Source of the DNA: a phage
Sequence record: OP745095.1
DNA length: 672 nucleotides
Reading direction: 5' to 3' (one strand)
The notes under the pieces were generated by a model. That model was not told the origin of the DNA and did not search any database. It worked only from the letters and a program-made list of their open reading frames with translations. Positions within the stretch are counted from its first letter, which is position 1; each line of letters opens with the position of its first letter. This document shows positions 1 to 672 of this stretch, one piece after another. A program made the translations under genes and the position numbers.

Positions 1-672
1 ATGGCGCTGCCGAACGGCAGCCAGATTTTTATTGAACAGACCCGCGCGGCGACCGAAATTGAAGCGACCGCGGTGAGCAACGCGGAAAACCCGGTGGCGA
101 CCGTGGCGAGCACCACCGGCATTGTGAAAGGCGATTATGTGCTGGTGCTGGAAAGCGTGTGGGCGGCGTTTAAAAACCGCGTGATGCGCGTGAAAGAAGT
201 GACCCTGGATGCGAGCATTACCCTGGAAGGCGATAAAAACACCAGCACCGCGGATCTGAACAAATTTCCGGCGGGCGGCGCGAGCACCTTTGTGAAAATT
301 GAAAGCTGGATTGAAATTCCGTGCGTGAGCGATATTGCGAAAAGCGGCGGCGAACAGCAGTTTTATACCAAACAGTGCCTGAGCGATGATCGCGAAAAAC
401 AGATTCCGACCTTTAAAAGCGCGACCAGCATTGCGTATACCTTTGATTTTGATTATAGCAACCCGATTACCCAGCTGCTGATTGGCTATGATGAAGATGG
501 CAAAACCCGCGCGATGCGCATGTTTGTGCCGAAAGCGAGCTATCCGATTCGCACCTTTAGCGGCACCCCGAGCTTTGATGATATTCCGAACACCGTGATG
601 AACGAAGATGAAACCACCATTCTGACCATTAGCCTGGATGGCAAATATACCCATATGAAAGAATTTGTGGCG
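1..672 (+). CDS. Partial CDS (open at the 3' end): putative phage major tail tube protein, lambda gpV-like, N-terminal tube-forming domain
   Basis: Seen in sequence: ATG at 1-3 and frame +1 open through 672 (224 codons, no stop), while frame +2 has TGA at 74-76 and frame +3 has TGA at 33-35. Translation begins MALPNGSQIFIEQTRAATEIEATAVSNAENPVATVASTTGIVKGDYVLVLESVWAAFKNRVMRVKEVTLD and ends TILTISLDGKYTHMKEFVA. Alternating hydrophobic/polar runs (IFIEQ, YVLVLESVW, STFVKIESWIEI, SIAYTFDFDY, TILTISLDG) suggest a beta-sandwich fold. From memory of lambda gpV: SIAYTFDFDYSNPITQLLIGY resembles [20 protein letters not shown], and DGKTRAMRMFVPKASYPIRTFSGTPS resembles [24 protein letters not shown]. The family call is motif-level recollection, not a computed alignment. 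Confidence 0.5.
   Translation, partial: MALPNGSQIFIEQTRAATEIEATAVSNAENPVATVASTTGIVKGDYVLVLESVWAAFKNRVMRVKEVTLDASITLEGDKNTSTADLNKFPAGGASTFVKIESWIEIPCVSDIAKSGGEQQFYTKQCLSDDREKQIPTFKSATSIAYTFDFDYSNPITQLLIGYDEDGKTRAMRMFVPKASYPIRTFSGTPSFDDIPNTVMNEDETTILTISLDGKYTHMKEFVA

Noticed and set aside
33-76. Alternative + strand frames (+2 and +3) as coding.
   Set aside because: Both are interrupted early (TGA at 33-35 in frame +3, TGA at 74-76 in frame +2). Only frame +1 is open.
271-285. GC-rich low-complexity stretch gcgggcggcgcgagc.
   Set aside because: Encodes A-G-G-A-S with fixed codons; not a regulatory GC box or structured RNA element.
442-453. Tandem hexanucleotide repeat tttgattttgat.
   Set aside because: It is the back-translation of the dipeptide repeat F-D-F-D with fixed codons, not a DNA-level repeat element or slippage site.
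1-654. Fully open reading frame on the minus strand in register with the + strand codons, with a potential ATG at the complement of 652-654 (the sense His codon cat).
   Set aside because: Artefact of the restricted codon set: antisense stops arise only from sense tta, cta or tca, none of which is used here. No independent evidence of coding.
184-657. Internal in-frame ATG codons (Met62, Met172, Met174, Met200, Met219) as alternative starts.
   Set aside because: No credible upstream ribosome-binding context can be assessed in back-translated DNA. The conserved tail tube blocks span the full length, so the ATG at 1 is the sensible start.
1-672. Promoter, Shine-Dalgarno, terminator or CRISPR-like motifs within the window.
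   Set aside because: None seen convincingly, and any chance match would be meaningless because the nucleotide sequence is dictated solely by the codon table.
1-672. Alternative fold assignments such as a T6SS Hcp or contractile tail tube (P2 FII-like) protein.
   Set aside because: Remembered Hcp and FII sequences share no motif blocks with this protein, whereas the gpV-like blocks match. The protein is also longer than typical Hcp or FII subunits.

Overview
The window is a single open reading frame on the + strand, running from an ATG at 1-3 to the window edge at 672 with no stop codon (224 codons). Every amino acid is encoded by exactly one codon, so the DNA looks like a protein mechanically back-translated with one preferred enterobacterial codon per residue, not a natural genomic sequence. 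Nucleotide-level signals are therefore uninformative and only the encoded protein carries biology. The protein is beta-strand-rich and, from motif comparison done from memory, most resembles the tube-forming domain of lambda gpV-like major tail tube proteins of siphovirus-type tails. No RNA genes, CRISPR arrays, mobile-element ends, promoters or terminators can be supported. A single structural gene cannot establish a novel system; whether this belongs to a prophage, an F-type tailocin or another phage-derived particle needs flanking sequence.
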